A stretch of DNA of 17,870 bases from Ignavibacterium sp. (GTDB lineage: Bacteria > Zixibacteria > MSB-5A5 > GN15 > PGXB01): positions 1-17,870 of the forward strand of contig DYGG01000009.1 of the NCBI GenBank assembly GCA_020724775.1. Reading direction: 5' to 3'. Positions 15,802 through 17,870 of this stretch are shown one piece after another. Position 1 is the stretch's first letter. Each line of letters opens with the position of its first letter. The position numbers and the translations under genes were made by a program. The notes beneath the pieces are model-generated. The model was given only the letters and a program-made list of their open reading frames with translations, was not told the origin of the DNA and did no database searches.

Positions 15802-16791
15802 TTAATGGGTCGAAACCTCGCCGGCATTAAAAGGAATAATTCCCTCTCGCGTATCAAGCACCAATCGTCCCAGGGCATCTATATCTATTACGGTGCCAAT
15901 GATGGTTTTACGTCCCATTTTCAACTTTATTTCCTGGTTGAGCAGGGCGGAGTATTTGAGAAGGTTTTTGCGGGCTTCTTTGAGGCCTGATTTGCTGAAA
16001 ACGAAATACTCTTTTTCGAAATTCCGCAGAAATCTTTGCAGAAACTGTCGGCGATTGACTTTCTCTTTGGTGCCGATTCTGACTGATGTCGCTGTTTCCC
16101 GCAATTCCGATGGAAAATCACTCCTTTTCTGGTTCAGGTTGACACCGACACCGACTATCACATATTCCACCCTATCCAGTTCCGCCGAGAGTTCCGTTAG
16201 AATCCCGGCCGCCTTCATCCCGGAAATCAGAACGTCATTAGGCCATTTTATCTTCACGTCGATTTCGTCATATGAATTGATAGTCTCTGCCAATGCCACC
16301 GCTGTCATCAGCGAGATACCAGGCGCCTGGGTCGGGTGAATCTTCGGGTAGAGAATGAGAGAGCAATAAAGCCCGACTTTCTCCGGTGAGTGCCATTCCC
16401 GTCCCAACCGTCCCCGCCCGCGTGTCTGATGTTCCGCTATCACCAGGGTTCCTTCAGGGGCTTTCATTGCCGCCAATTGGGCCGCTATGGTATTGGTCGA
16501 TTGAACGGTCTGATAAGCATAAATCTTACGGCCAATCATCTTGGTTCCGAGATGGTAGGCGATTTCCGCGGAGAGATAACTGTCCGGGATGCCAGTCAGG
16601 GTGTATCGCCCGTTTCGGTCGGCTTTAATGGTGTACCCCCAACTGCGCAACTCGCCTATCGCCTCCACCACATTTTCCGGGGAGCATTTCAGTTCTTTGA
16701 CCAGACGTTTCGGCTCTACCGGCTGGCCTATTTTCTTGCGCAAAAATACCAGAACCCGGTCGGCAGTGGTTTCCGGATTGAAGGGATTCAT
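15802..16791 (-). CDS. birA: Bifunctional biotin--[acetyl-CoA-carboxylase] ligase / biotin-operon repressor (class II BirA with N-terminal HTH)
   Basis: N-terminal HTH segment, biotin-binding signature 'GRGRLGREW', C-terminal SH3-like tail. The ATG lies 1 nt after the nadC stop. Confidence 0.9.
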   Translation of the reverse strand: MNPFNPETTADRVLVFLRKKIGQPVEPKRLVKELKCSPENVVEAIGELRSWGYTIKADRNGRYTLTGIPDSYLSAEIAYHLGTKMIGRKIYAYQTVQSTNTIAAQLAAMKAPEGTLVIAEHQTRGRGRLGREWHSPEKVGLYCSLILYPKIHPTQAPGISLMTAVALAETINSYDEIDVKIKWPNDVLISGMKAAGILTELSAELDRVEYVIVGVGVNLNQKRSDFPSELRETATSVRIGTKEKVNRRQFLQRFLRNFEKEYFVFSKSGLKEARKNLLKYSALLNQEIKLKMGRKTIIGTVIDIDALGRLVLDTREGIIPFNAGEVSTH

Positions 16792-16792
16792 T

Positions 16793-17674
16793 TTACCGTG
16801 AAAACTCCATCGAAAAATCAGAGGATGGCGCCGAATGTGTCAGAGCGCCGATAGAGATGAAATCAACGCCGCTTGCCGCTATGGCGGCGACATTATCTAA
16901 GGTAACATTCCCCGAGGCTTCCAGTAAAACTGCCGGACGCAATGCCCGGGCGACGTCGACAAGTTTCTTTAGGCCATCCGGCGTCTGGTTGTCAAGCAGG
17001 AGCCTGTTGACGCCGCAGTCGAGCGCCTCTTTCAGTTCCGCCTCAGAGGTCACTTCCACTTCGATTTCGATATCATCCGGCTCAGTCACAAACTGCTCCT
17101 GGAATTCTTTGCTCTTTAGGAAATTCCTGAGATTTTCCACCGCGGCGGTAATCGTGCCGGCGGCGGCGATATGATTGTCTTTGACCAGCGCCAAATCATA
17201 GAGTCCGTAGCGATGATTCTCGCCGCCTCCACAGGCAACCGCATATTTTTCCAGATGGCGCAATCCCGGTGTGGTTTTGCGTGTGTCCAGGATTTTTGCC
17301 CCGCTCTCGCGGGTCTTATCCACAAATTTTGATGTTAAGGTAGCGATTCCCGAAAGATGCCCCAGGAAATTAAGAGCCGTTCGTTCGCCGGTGAGAAGCG
17401 CCCGTCGATTCCCCTCGATAATAGCGATTCTGTCGCCGCGACGAAACGGCTGGCTGTCATATATGAGACAGTCTATTCTCATTTTCGGGTCGAGTTTGGT
17501 GAACACCGTCTCAACCAGCGGCAATCCCGCCAGGAAACCATCCGATTTGGCGACAATTTCCCCCTTGCCCACACCGTCAGGAAGACAGCCGAGGGTGGTG
17601 ATATCGCCCGGACCGATATCCTCCATCAAAGCCAGTTCCACCTGGCGCTCTATAATTTCATCGATAACAGTCAT
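16793..17674 (-). CDS. nadC: Nicotinate-nucleotide pyrophosphorylase (carboxylating) / quinolinate phosphoribosyltransferase
   Basis: Typical NadC sequence throughout, e.g. 'LDTRKTTPGLRHLEKYAV..GGG.NHRYGLYD...KDNH' and the C-terminal 'VDFISIGALTHSA'. Confidence 0.9.
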   Translation of the reverse strand: MTVIDEIIERQVELALMEDIGPGDITTLGCLPDGVGKGEIVAKSDGFLAGLPLVETVFTKLDPKMRIDCLIYDSQPFRRGDRIAIIEGNRRALLTGERTALNFLGHLSGIATLTSKFVDKTRESGAKILDTRKTTPGLRHLEKYAVACGGGENHRYGLYDLALVKDNHIAAAGTITAAVENLRNFLKSKEFQEQFVTEPDDIEIEVEVTSEAELKEALDCGVNRLLLDNQTPDGLKKLVDVARALRPAVLLEASGNVTLDNVAAIAASGVDFISIGALTHSAPSSDFSMEFSR

Positions 17675-17724
17675 GCTATACGGATTAACAATTGCATAAA
17701 TAGACTGCCATTATAATCATTTCG

Positions 17725-17870
17725 TCATTCCTTTTCCAGCGAGATTTTGCTTCCGACGGGAAGGTCGAGGGTGCGAATCGGGAACGGAATGACAATCCCT
17801 TCTTCACTGTATCTCTTATGAATCCTCTTTATGAATTCATGCTTGATAAGATATTGACTGGTATATTCCC
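17725..17870 (-). CDS. 3' end of an MscS-family mechanosensitive channel gene (partial; continues beyond the window)
   Basis: The minus-strand frame from the window edge reads ...EYTSQYLIKHEFIKRIHKRYSEEGIVIPFPIRTLDLPVGSKISLEKE*. 'GIxIPFPxRTL' is the characteristic MscS C-terminal motif. TGA stop at 17725-17727. Confidence 0.5.
   Translation of the reverse strand, partial: EYTSQYLIKHEFIKRIHKRYSEEGIVIPFPIRTLDLPVGSKISLEKE

Noticed and set aside
1-17870. CRISPR arrays, IS elements, integrases and phage genes
   Set aside because: There are no regularly spaced repeats or terminal inverted repeats, and no transposase, integrase or recombinase-like ORFs. The region looks like stable chromosomal context.

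Overview
By eye this is a moderately GC-rich bacterial chromosomal segment, densely packed with genes. I count about 21 protein-coding genes and see no rRNA, tRNA, CRISPR array, IS element or integrase. The content is mostly housekeeping and envelope-related: a Zn alcohol dehydrogenase, a CopD-like membrane protein, a membrane-anchored MsrB-MsrA fusion, a cupin protein, an NADP/F420-type oxidoreductase, a class-V PLP cysteine-desulfurase-like enzyme, an SPFH/band-7 protein with an Arc-like partner, MutM/Fpg, an IscU/NifU scaffold, BirA, NadC, and the 3' end of an MscS-like channel gene. The more unusual genes are a 649-aa secreted homologue of peptide-N-glycosidase F (PNGase F) with the catalytic Asp and Glu conserved, extra middle domains and a type IX secretion system (T9SS) C-terminal sorting domain; a 620-aa secreted protein with two retropepsin-like DTG/DLG aspartic-protease domains and a C-terminal PDZ domain; a 332-aa protein carrying squalene-cyclase/prenyltransferase-type QW motifs; a secreted protein with two CxxC motifs; and an IscU - lipoprotein (4-nt GTGA overlap) - DUF1858 redox protein - mutM array. 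The T9SS sorting domain points to an FCB-group organism (Bacteroidota or a related candidate phylum). Three near-consensus sigma70 promoters and one textbook intrinsic terminator are visible. I found no canonical defence, toxin-antitoxin or mobile system. The candidate novel modules below are hypotheses that need profile searches to confirm.
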